Shown: in pieces, positions 38,105 through 49,966 of the stretch
How positions within the stretch are numbered: position 1 is the first letter of the stretch
Layout: each line of letters opens with the position of its first letter
NCBI GenBank assembly: GCA_001179505.1
Contig: CDMY01000463.1
Coordinates: 1 to 64,000 of the forward strand
DNA length: 64,000 nucleotides
Source: Vitrella brassicaformis CCMP3155
Lineage: Eukaryota; Protista; Chromerida
Direction: 5' to 3'
Made by a program: the position numbers and the translations under genes
The notes under the pieces: generated by a model
Databases searched by the model: none
What the model was told of the DNA's origin: nothing
Seen by the model: only the letters and a program-made list of their open reading frames with translations

Positions 38105-40708
38105 ATGGCCACCGGGAGACCCAAAGCCGTGTTCATCATAGATGGCGCCTACGTACAGGTCAGGTGCACACCCACCTACACCAAACAACACCACAGCCCA
38201 GCCACACGAGACGCATTGGTGTGCATCAATCACGACCACCGTGTGTAGCGGTCTGGTGTGTCTGGTGGTACGTGTGTCTGGTTTGGTGTGCTTGGTTGAC
38301 TGTCTGACTGACTGGCTGACAAACACATCACACGAATCATCAGGCGAATTACAAGGAGTCTCAGCGTGACCGATCTGACCTGATGGGTGAGGTGTTCTGC
38401 CACCGGATGCTCAAGTACGTGCAGGACACCCTGGGCGTCGACAACTCACAAACATTCTACTACGACGGAGACCCCGACAAATGGTAGGTATACATGTGAT
38501 GTGATGGGCCACACACGCCTACCACAGAGATAGCCTGGCCTCGGTCATCTATCTGCCTGTGGTGTCTGTCTGTCGTAGGTACTCGAAGGTGACTCGTGGC
38601 AGGGGTCGTGATGCAGACCGCCAGAAGCGCACCGAGTTCCACAGCTTCCTCAGGCAGCAGCGCATCAACGTGCAGCTATTTGACTTCAAAAAGCAGGGCG
38701 TCGGCTACAGCGACACCACCGGCGAGAAGTCACAAGGTGGGCGGGCGGTGACGCAGCAATCGGTTCACGTCTGTAGTGTCGACCTCTGTGTGTGTGTGTG
38801 TGGTGTTGGCGTCAGGTTGGGTGCAGCGCGGGGCTGACTGTTCCATCGCTATGAAGATGCTCGAGACGGCCTACGGTATATATGCCGGCGCACCTGTCGC
38901 TCACAGTCACATTGGTTGCCGATCTCTCTGTGTTTGGTCTGGCCTCTGTGTGTCAGAGAATTCGCCCGACTTCATCCGTGCGGGGCAGCCGGCATCTCCG
39001 ACGGCGGCCGATCAGGGCGAGAGCAGCAGCAGCCAACACGCACCGCCCGACATCAAGATGATAGTCCTGTAAGTAACCAACCTTACGAACGAACAGAGAG
39101 GCCTGATGTGTGTCAGGTCAGGTTGATCCGATCCATGTATGTGTTGTTGACTGGGCTGGTTGTGTCAGGTTTGCGGGTGACTCGGACTTCTCTGAGGCGG
39201 TTGACAAGTGCCGCCAGCTCAAGCTGAGAGTGGCCATCGTCGGATACTCACACTCCATCTCGTAAGCTAAGCAGGCAAACCACCCCACCCATACACACAC
39301 ACACACACACACAGAGAGGCGAAGCACAGCTGAGCTGCCCATGTGTGTCTGTGTGTGTGTGTCTGTGTGTGTGTGTTGTGCAGCGGTGAGTTGAAGACCA
39401 AACCCAAGGAGGTGCGGATCATCGAGTTGGACCAGCCGCCCCACTGCCACCAGTGGCCCACATACAGCATACCCAAGGACAAGACAACAACACAGCAACA
39501 TCAGCGCAAGAACCGCAACAAGCACATCCAAAACGCCAGCGACGGCCCCATCGACCTCACACAAGCCGACAACAACGGCGCACCCACAGCAGCAGCTGCA
39601 GCAGCCGCCCCCGCCTACCAGCCCATCCCTCCCCTCCCTCCCCTCCTGCGCCCCCCCTTACCCTTCTCATACCAGCAGCAGCAGCAGCAGCACACCAGCC
39701 CCATGTTTCGCCCGGTCGGCAGTGGGCCGGGTGGCGTCGCTGACGCCAGTCCGAACCAGCCAGTGGCACAGCCCCGCGGCGGATTGGCACAACAGCTCGA
39801 AAAGGATCGCACTGGCGACCTGGGGGCAGGGCCGCCGAGGGATGGTGCTGGGGCAGCTGGGGGCATGATGGACGTCTCGGCATCTGGAGGCGTGGCTGGT
39901 GGGGGTGGTCGTCGGCCGCCCGTGTCGCCCGACTCGCAGCCGCTGCCGATGGCTGGCGTGACTTACACGTATCAGCCGCCGGACTTCGACTACGACCTTG
40001 ACGAGGGTAGCAAGAGGGCGCTGACAGAGGTTGTGCGGGGGACCATGATGCACACGGCGATGGGCGACTGGATGGGGGCGCTGGAGAGCGGCATCAAGGG
40101 GGCCTTCCCGTCGCTGGGCTTCCTGTGCGTCAAGGGCAGCCACATGGAGATGACCTCCACCATGCCCTTCTGCCTGTACCACGATAACGACGATCGGGTG
40201 AGTGAGCAGAGGAGCATGTGATCCACACACACACACACAGCCGTGGCTCTCGGTGGCTTGTGTGTCTGATCAATGAATGCAGTCTGTTGTGGTGTGTCTC
40301 TGCACCAAGCACCAGCAGTCCCCCGCTGCCGGAGCGTCCCCCCAGCCCGCTCCCAATCTGCCGCCCACCTGCACATTCAATTCCCGCTTCGCCGCCAAGG
40401 ACATCGCTGACATCCACACCGCCCTTCACAACATCCTCAACAAAGGCAACGGCGATGCACAGGATGCCGAGCCCCTGCCGGTCCCCCGCGACGAGGCCGA
40501 GGAGCGGCACCAGCAGGAGCAGATTTTGGACGAGCTGCTCGACCGCATTGGCGACGACCACACGGCAGCAGCGGCCAGCCGCCACGGCTTCGAGCTGAGC
40601 TCGGACGGCTCTTGTCGGATCGCCGTGTTCCACGTGAGCGACAGGGCCATGACGCGGCGCGTCCAGTGGGCCGACTGCCATGTGCTGGTGGTCAAGTGGG
40701 GCAGCTAG
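38105..40708 (+). CDS. NYN-domain (LabA/DUF88, PIN-like) putative ribonuclease with a Q/P-rich linker and an uncharacterised C-terminal region
   Basis: Spliced AVFIIDGAYVQ, FYYDG, WVQRGADCSIAMKML and IVL|FAGDSDFSEAV...RVAIVG carry the conserved NYN acidic residues. Stop TAG at 40706-40708. Confidence 0.82.
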
Positions 40709-41205
40709 GCTGGTGGGGGGTGGCTGGGAGATTGGTGGGGCGCTGCATTCATTGTGTGGCGCGAGCCACGTGGGCGAGAGATAGATGAAGAATGATTCAT
40801 TCGTATGTACAGAGAGGGGGCCTTGGTTGGTTGGTTGGATGGATGGTTGGTTGGTTGGGTGAGATGGAGAGGTGTTGTGAGAAGAGAAAGGGTTATTTGT
40901 CTCCTCTGCAACGCTGCCTGCCTGGGTGCGTCTGCTGGGTGTGCCTGTTGTGTTGGTTGCGTGCGTTGTGTCCTCCCATTCATTCAATCATCTTGCGGAT
41001 GAACGAGAGGTCACGACGCTGTTCACCACACACTGATGCACACACCACACCCAACGTCACGCACTGCAGGAGCTGGGCGATTGAATGAGGACCGAACTCG
41101 TACATCATCAGACCCATTGCATGACTGCTGTTGCATCGAGCTGCGAATCACATACCTGCCGCTAAGTTCGTTCGTACAGACGCAAACTGGTTGGCGATGG
41201 CAGCA

Positions 41206-44200
41206 TCAGTATGTAGCATTTCCCATAATGGGCGCAACAAACAAGGGGAGCTCAAGGTCTTCAATATATTTCCTGCGTGAAGGCAGTCCAGACGCGACAC
41301 ACACGAGGGTACAAGAGGGGCCAGCGAATGCATCAATTTGTGGAGTGTCTGAGCCAGCCGGTCTCACTGCACTGCCCCACTGCCCCACTCACTTGTATTT
41401 TCCAGGGTCCGGTCCGAAGATGCTGTGCGGACAGAAAGGAGACATGATGCAAGGAGACACGATGCAAGTCATTGCAAGGTTGCATGAGGATAAGTCACCT
41501 GATGTGCCAGGGGAACAGCTGGCTGATGGCCTCCACGCGGTCGCGCACTTGCTTTTCCTCCGCAGTCTGGTCACCCGGCTGTAGCAGCCAGACCTTGTTG
41601 CCTGCATGGTCGCACCAAAGAGACATACGCATGATCGCATGAATGCACCATATATAGCGTGCCGCTCACCCAGGGCGTACTCGACAATCTCGTTTGAGAT
41701 TCCACCCGTCCAGGTGAACTTCTTCTCAAAGATGGAGGAGTGGCCAAAACCAAACACCAGGATGCAAGCAGTGACTGTTGTGCCGCCATCAATCGTACTG
41801 CTTGTTGAAGTTCGTGTCCAAGTAGAGGAGGTGAGGCAGAATTGTGAAAGGTGTCTGTCCGCCTCGCGTCAATTCGTCAAGGGCCTGAAAGGACCCGAAC
41901 AAGGCGGAGACACAAGGGGACAGCCCCAGCCGCTCAGACGGGTCGATGCGTGCAACTTGGCTGACTTTTGCATTCGCCTTGGCGGATTTGTGGAAAAGCT
42001 TCGCAAGCTCGTGAGGCTTTTTGTCGAGCTTGTCGAGGAGTTCCTGTGCGTAGCTGCAAAGACGAGAATGTGTCGACTTGTCATAGATCCGCAGAGAGAG
42101 AGCTTACGTTGGAGCGATCCTCTTGTGCACTTTGGGCTTGAACAGCTGATCGCGGAACGACTTGACGGCCTCCCGTCCGCGGACTTCCATGGCCGTCTCG
42201 AGGTCCATGTATCTGATGCCATCACAGAGACAAGGCGCATTCTCCAGTCGTGCACATACAAGTCAAGCCGGACCCGAGCATTGAGCGGTCATTCATGTTG
42301 GCGCTGCCAATCTTCACACAAACAAACGAACAAACAAGCAGAAAGAAAACAAGTGCAGCGTCTGAGCAGCTAGCTCATCGTTCGCTACTGCTTACAATCG
42401 CATACTCTCCGTCCACAATCATTGCCTGCACACATAGCCGCCAAGAGAGAGAGGAACAAATCAGCGGAGACACATGATAAGATGTATAGTATAGTGTCCT
42501 TCTTTCCTTGCTGTGGACGTATGTATTGTAGAAGACGATCTCCCCGTTCCGACTGTCAAAGTCGGGCGCCTGCTCTTTTCCCTCTTTTGCCTGTTGGCGT
42601 CGTTTTTCCATCTCTTTGTTTGTCTCGAAGTCAGCTTTGCCCTGATGTGTACAAGAGATGACGACGCACACATGCTTAAGTGCCAGACACAACAATCAGG
42701 CGCCTTACATGGAAAAGAACAGTAAAGTAGTTTTTCAGTTGCTTGCTGGTCACTTTGTTGGTGCCCGTCTTGGCGTCCTTCTTGCGTGCCTCCTCCAGGA
42801 CTCTCTCCAAGGCCGGAATGAGCCCGCAATCCTTATCTGAAGGTCGGCAAGTCACAATGCAGCCCTTTTGAGCACCCATGAGCCTCTGTGTATGATGTCG
42901 GAGTACCGAAAAGGGTGAAGTATCGGTTGTAAAACAACTGAAGGCACACGCAGACAACAGAGCTGTGTCAAAGCAGACATCCATGCGCCTGTGTGGCTTA
43001 CGATCGCTTCTTTTGCGGACATTGATGTCACGAGAACGACCGAGAAGTCCTCATTTTTCTCGATTGCTCGCTTGATGCGCCTGTACATCGATAAACAACA
43101 CTCATTTATCATCTCAACCTTCTCTTTCCACCTACTTGTAAAGAGACTTGCCCAGCTTGTTTTTTGCGTGGAAGTTTTCACTCTCGGAATCCCACCTACA
43201 GCTTTCTGGCAGGTCGGCTTTCAAATCTCCGGAAGCCGGCTTGAATCGCGGCTGTATGAAATCATGCGGATCACTTATTAAATCCGGGTTCGGAGAGAAG
43301 GGGCGCTGAAAGTGATAAGCAGAGGGAGCAGACATCAGTCGTCAGGCATGTCGATAATCTGCTTCTTTCAGTCGACCAGGGCACTGGAGATAAAGTACTG
43401 ATTCTCAATGTAGACATACTACAGATGGCAACAGACAGAGACATCAACCAGGTGAGAAGGGGAATTACCAAGGGCGCCTCTATGTGCTCTCTATGTATAT
43501 AAGGTGAAATCTTCTTTGCGCCGTCGATGAGTCTCAGAGTGGTGTCGTAAATGGTCGTGCTGAGTATACACAAGAAGACACAGCGAACAACGAATGTTCA
43601 TTCGTGTGTATGTTGGAGACACTTGTCGGCTTTGCTTACATGGGATAAGAGTAGCCTGCATTTCTTAGCCAGTACCAGTCGCCAGTCACAAGCGCACGGC
43701 ATTCAGCGTTCGTCGCGCCAGTTGCACTTGCGTATTTGCCTCCCAATAGAGAGCGATTAATCTTCCTGAGTCTGTCGCCACGTGAAGTTTTGTCAACCTT
43801 CAAAACTTCTTTCCACTCGTCGGCAGTGGGCGGCAAGTTGTTGGATTGGCACTGAAAAGGAGAACCGCGCTTTCTTTGCTTTTTGTTTTATGGTGTTTAC
43901 CATGTATTCGAAGATTTTTTCTCGATCTGCAAACAGACTCGTGAGCTTGTAGGCATCGAAGTTCTCTTTGAGGGTCTTGCATCCCTTTCTCCATCTGGCA
44001 CGCACCGGAACGGCGGTAAAGGGGCAGAGCGAATATGAGGCAGCAGCAGAGGAAACAAAGAGATAACGCACCGATTGATGTGCACAGATGCGATGTCCGC
44101 AGCCGCTTTGCCAGTGACTCGGCACTGGGTGTCATGATGGTGCTTCTTAGCCGATCTCCGCTTCATGTGGTAGCGGTCATGTGAAGGTGTTTGGAGTTTG

Positions 44201-45779
44201 TCAGTATAAATGTCAATCCCTACGGTAGACACACACAATCCGCCGGAGTGTATGATAAGCTGGATGCACAACTTTATATACCGCCAACATAAGCGATTTC
44301 TCTGTTGATGATGACATTCTTCACGTGTGCCATCCGTATTGCCTCCATATTATCACCTGGCTTCTGGACTCACATGGATCAAAGAGAAGAACCGATGATA
44401 CATACAAACACATGACGCCAAACCTTGTAGGAGCACTCAGTATCGTCCTGCTTGTATGAAGCGTAACCCCTGCACAGATTTGTACGAGTTGTGAGAGACA
44501 TGGTATTGGGAGGCTTTTGATTTGGCGACTAGCGCAGCCGACCAGTCGGAGAAATAGAGGATACCGAGCTCCCAGAGTTTCTCCATAGTGTCGATCTTGG
44601 TGTTGTACTCATCTTGAAATCGGCCGGCGGCCATCTCTATATAGCACGACACAGGCATTGGATGTTGCGGGCAGGATGAGAGCCTCCTGATCGTGTCTCT
44701 TACCGTAGCCGAGTACGTATACTTTAACGCCCTGCTCACGTTCAGTCGGAGGAATACAAAGTCACAACACATGAGTTGCTTACCGTAAAATAGAGATGCC
44801 GCAAGACGTTTTGCAGTGTACTCTCTGGCTGGTGGGAGCCCATGAGAGGTGTATCGAGGTCGGTGTGCCAGCCGCTGAGATGAGCGAGAAGCTGTGAGTC
44901 GACAGAGAATGATATGCTATATCGCCTACGCGATGATCACTTCGTTCTCCCTCCCTAGCGGATTAGAGTTCAGACGAGGGCTCATCAGTCTGCCAATGAC
45001 AATGCAGGATGAAAGACGTATGCACCTGTCGATTCCCACTTACAAGCAATAGAGTTCCTGGTTTCGACGACAAGACAGCAGCAGAGTGACGATGGATGAA
45101 TGTTGCCTGTGCACTCATGAGTGCTTCGAATGTCTTATCTGTGCCTCCATTCTCATACTTCGTAATAGCCTAGGGGTGCCAGGGGGTGTCCCATATACCA
45201 CCACGGATCGAGTTTCTTTTCCTCTCCGAGACGGTATGTGAACGATTGCTCCGAGAGGGAAGCGACGAACGGAGCAAAAGTGCCTGCATTGCAACACATT
45301 ACAGGTGTCCAAGAGTCCCTGTGCCATTTAGAGTCCCCCAAACAGCGGGCTGCTCACACTTCCGCCAGGTGAAGGTCTGTGCAGACAGACAGACAGACAG
45401 ACAGGCAAACAGGCAGGCGGAGATACAGAGTCGTGCAGACCGGCACATAGAGAAAGCGCACCGTTTCGTCCCACTGATCGTTGATGAACCGCCCGCACTT
45501 GTCAGTCTCGAACTCTTCGGGACCGGATGAGCCAGCGTCGTCTTTGGCGAACGGGGAGCCCTTCGAAAGGAACGACGGCTGGCCCAGACCTCTCACTGAA
45601 CATAGAGCAGCACCTGCACGTACAAAGACATCGAGCAAGATGGTCGGCGATGCGCATTGCAGTGCAAATCTTCGCGTACTCGTCTCATTCCGCTGCCCGT
45701 TGCAGACGGTGGCTGCTTGGAAGGGCGGGACGGCGGAAGCGACGAGCAGAGCGAGAAGCGAAGAGGCGAAGAAATGCAT
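41206..45779 (-). pseudogene. PLD: Phospholipase D (two-HKD, PLD1/plant-type) with a signal peptide; lesions at both catalytic motifs (probable young pseudogene or variant)
   Basis: Spliced IIA|GWHTDL, HVKNVIINREIAYVG|GID, HHDTQCRVTGKAA, YVYIENQYFISS, NKLGKSLYK|RIKRA, YVHSK|AMIVDGEYAI|IGSANMNDRSMLG and QLFPWH. N-terminus MHFFASSLLALLVASA. Needs a GA donor at 42506. HKD1 reads HxKxxxxN and the frame upstream of it is off by 1 nt. The C-terminal exon model is uncertain. Confidence 0.8.
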
Positions 45780-46160
45780 GTCTTCCGCTCCGAGAAGATC
45801 CTTGGAGACGGCAAAGCCCCCGGGAGCCCCCGTGACATGTGTTTGCGAAAAAGATCTGACGCGAAAGGCATGAGAGCTAACTCGCGCAAGAACAAGAGAA
45901 TGTCAGCATAGATACGAAATCATTCGAAGCACTCAAAAGCGCAAGATGAGTGAATGAATGATTCCTCAACGGCTGCGACAAACGGCTGCATCCCCCACGG
46001 CCAAGAAGGACGATGCATGGCTCAGTGCTGCCCTGCTCTGCTGGAAGGGTAGCTATCGATTCATTCAAGCGGCCAAGCCATGCAGGAATAGATGACGTCT
46101 CAGACTCACGCGGACTTTGCCTCACTCTTGAGTCTGCGGCAGGCTGGAGGGGCCGTCCAC

Positions 46161-46582
46161 TCATTGCCCTATCAGCGGCGCCCAATAGAGCATTCTCACA
46201 AGCGCCTTGGGGCTCGTCACACACGTACTCATAAATGAGACCTGCACACACGAATGTATGCGGCGCACCAAAACACGGATCGATGGATGCAGCCAGCCAC
46301 GTGATCGACTCCCTGTCTGTGTCATGCAGGCAGACTGAGTCCGTTTCATAGTCCCACCTTGGGCTTTGTCTCGCCGTGTTGGGCTATGGCGTCGATTTTG
46401 GCCTGTATGTCGCGTATCTCCCTCACCGACATGCCCCCAATAACCACACACACAACCACATCCGCGCTGGCCGGCACGAACCGACCCGCCTGGGTGGCGC
46501 CTCGCAGACCAGTGGCAGCAAACAGACCCCTGTAACACAACACAACTCGGAAGGATTGATCGTGTGAAGGCAGGAAGATTTC

Positions 46583-46613
<31 letters not shown>

Positions 46614-49043
46614 GTGACCTGGCTGCGAACGAGACGAGGTCGCCCAGGGAAGCCCCTTCCACAGGAATGATGTCGCAGGGGGCGCCACTGGCCTGGTGGG
46701 GCCGGAGCACCTCGTCCACCACACGACACAGCCACAGCTCGTCAGCATGGTGAGACGGTGACCCCTCTGACTCGATAAACACTTTCCTGATAGATCCATC
46801 CATCCATCCACACGTGAGCACTTCCGTCGTTTTTCGTGTGGTATCTATCGTGCATTAGACGTGCCTGAGTTTGGTCTGGAGCAGCTCCCTGGCATCACGG
46901 ACGGCACTGAGGCGGCCCTCCAGAAAGTCGCGCACATCGGCTGCACACTCACGCACAATCCATCCATCCATCCATCAAAAGGGATTCACCTCATCCCTTG
47001 CTCATCTCCTGACTGACCTTGTGAGCGCGCTGCTTTGGTGGCGACGTGGTTGACGATCCAGTCCGAGATGCTAACTGAGTCGGGGTCCTTGATGCCCCAG
47101 ACATCAGGGCCCCTCCTGGACGCCAGTGCAGTCATCAGACACGCCAGCGAATCGAACACAAAGGCCGCATCAGCCTCCCCAACGTCAGGCTGCGCACCTG
47201 ACCGACCAAAGGAACACACAACACAAGATGGATCGGGAGAATGGCTGGGTGCTGCTTGTCTGTTGGCCTGCTTACGTGCCAGTGCCGCTGCGGTGTAGGA
47301 GCCACCGAGAATCGCATCCACCACCTGAGCGGGAGGGAACAGACGACGAGGCAACATGCACACACAGCCAATGAATGCCCCCCCAGCGTGCCTGCCTGCC
47401 TCTCATTGCACATACATACATACGTGTGAGAGCAGGTCTCCCTCCAGATACACCGGGAGATACACATCCAGCAGTAAAAGGTCAAACAGCACACGGAACA
47501 CCTGCAGTGCACCGCACACACCAAACACACACACACACACACAGACAGTCTGTCTGCATTCATTGTCCATCCGTCCACCCTTCAGGGCTCGCTCACCTTG
47601 CCCAGCCGTGTGTGTCGCGTGGCCTTCCTGTGTGAGAGCGCCTCCGCCAAGGAAGCCATAGGCTTGCTTCCCCCGCTCCCCCCTCCCCCCTTATCGACAC
47701 CCACACCCACGCCCACGCCCACACCCGCCCCAGCCTCCCCATTGATGCACGCAGACACCTCATCCAGAATGGTCGCCAGGTCCTCGTAGTCGTCGCCATT
47801 CCTCCCGCCCTTGAGTGAGAGTTTCTTAAGGAGGGCGGTGAGCAGGTCGCGCATCGACGGCTGCACTTGCAGCAGGTCGGGGCGAATGCTGATGGATGGA
47901 TGGATCGATGGATGGGACACAAGAGACAGAGTTGCGGGCTCTCTTGTTTGTTTGTTTGTTTGTTTGTTTGTGAGTCGTACCTGAGCAGCTGTTGTATAGC
48001 AGCAGATGCGTCGCTGGCTCCGACAGGCTTCTGCCACGACCACAGATCACATGACGCTTTCCCGCCACGCATCCCTGCCAGCCGACAGATGCCCTTCCGC
48101 CACCCTCTCGGCTCTGGTGCATCCTCGCCCACACCACCACCACCACCCTCACAAGCAGCGGCAGCAGCAACCGGCTCCTCTGTCGGTGGGGCGGCCTGCT
48201 GTTGGACGGTGGGGTCTGTGTCCTCCATGTCCATGTCGAGATCGAAATCCCATCCGCCGCCCGGCGCCTCGCTGGACGGCTGGTGCTGGGGGCTGCTTTC
48301 GTCAGACGGCACGTATTCTGCTGGCGGCTTGAGCGCACCGGCCAATGCGGCACAGTTGCGGAACACCTTGCCGAACTGACAGAGAGGAAAGGAGAGAGAG
48401 AGAGAGAGCGAGTGCTGCTTTGGCGTGTGGGAGGGGAGGGCTGTTGGCTTTGTTTGTCTCACTACCGCGTCATGCGAGGTGGCTGGTGTGCCTTTCTCGG
48501 CCCATCGCAGAGCGTTCTCCATCATGCAGTCCCTCACCGGCTCGCAAGGCGTCGACAGATCAAGCGTCTGTAGCGAGCAAGCCAGCAGACACAGACAGCA
48601 GCAGGACAGACAGTCCACACACGTCAGTCAGTCAGTCACCACACAGCAGGCATCCCATCCGCTCACCCGATCGATGAGGACGACAGCCACCTCCTGGCCC
48701 CAGCCCTTTGCTGCCGCGGCGTGTGAGAGCCTGTCCACCACACACCGGCCGACCATGGCTGCCGACTCTCCTAGAGCAAAGACGCGGGGCGGCTGGCCGC
48801 CCGACAGGTCCTCTGCGTGGCTGACGATGGAAGCAGCCAGATGGCTGAACGACTCCTGCGGACAGACATACAGAGAGGGAAGTGTATGCAGCTTAGGTGG
48901 CCCTCCCGACCCACCCTTAGTGCCCGAGGGAGGGAGTCGACGGCCATGTCGCTGAGGGTGATGCTCACATGCCCCACATGACCACCGCCACCTCCTCCTC
49001 GCAGATGGCTCCGCTCACTGCATCCCATGCATTCAGTGAGTGG

Positions 49044-49074
<31 letters not shown>

Positions 49075-49875
49075 TGCCCATCCATCCATCCAGCTCGCGT
49101 CACGTCATACACACATTTCGACTTGCTTCTGTATCCTGGCGATGTCGTCAGCCAGCAGAGGCAACAGACCACTGCTGCCTGAACACACACATGGCGGAAT
49201 GGAATGGTCTGTGACTACCCATGATCTCGATGGATGCTCACCGTGCATCACTTTGAAGCTCGGCGTCAGCACAATGGGCGGCACGCGACAGGGCATGATG
49301 GTGATGTGGATGGACGATCGGCTGCTCCGATTGCGGGTCGCCGTAGACAGCAGTTTCTCCCTCAGCCCATCGAAGCTGAAGGCGGCCCTGCCCACACACG
49401 TCGTCATGTGCTGGATGTGCTCGCTCTCCTGACACACCGCCGCCAACACACACACACACAAGGCCCTAAGATCCTTCTATCGCCCATTGTGTGAGCATAC
49501 CGTGAAGTGCGACAGCACAGTGATGGCCGTGCACTCCTCCACACACGCCAGCGCCTCAAGTGACCTCTGCAAAGGCTGCACGAAGCCGCTGACGACACAC
49601 ACGACGGAGCCCCGCCACACACGCACCATGCTGGAACGAGAGAGGGAGGGAATGCACTTGGGCTCATCCGGCAGAAGGAACGTTGCCGCAAGCGGGACGG
49701 CGGTGCCATCGGCAGACGAGAGGAATGGGTGGAGGCCGAGGGATGCATCGCGGTCCATGAGCAGCACGGCGCCGTCAGCTGATGCCTTGTGGCTTCGCAG
49801 CCAATGAACAACGTCACTCGGCGCCTTTGAAATGGGAGATGACTCGAAGAGGTCTGACAGCCGCCGAGATGACAT
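46161..49875 (-). CDS. Sec1/Munc18-family protein, SCFD2-like
   Basis: LLPLLADDI, RVFALGES, VAVLIDR|TLDL and the C-terminal SM motif VVVCVVIGGMSVREIRDI...VSFMSTCVTSP. Multi-exon with GT-AG borders. The start could be ATG49875 or ATG49911. Confidence 0.72.
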
Positions 49876-49966
49876 CGCGGAAACAGCGGCAGATCTGCAC
49901 AAAGCGCGCATTTGATCTCGCAAGCAAGTCAAATCGCAACGATGGCAGGGTAGGAGGGGCAGCATC
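49876..49966. promoter_or_regulatory. Putative compact bidirectional promoter between the SCFD2-like gene and paralog B
   Basis: Divergent ATGs at 49875 (-) and 49967 (+) are about 91 bp apart. Confidence 0.45.

Noticed and set aside
41400-41900. Apparent JmjC or TET/JBP dioxygenase motifs (FCLTS..IDGGT, GNKVWLLQPG, RMSL) on the minus strand
   Set aside because: The segment follows PLD HKD2 directly and reads as the PLD C-terminus once short introns are removed. No intact HxD/H triad is present, so the resemblance is likely chance.
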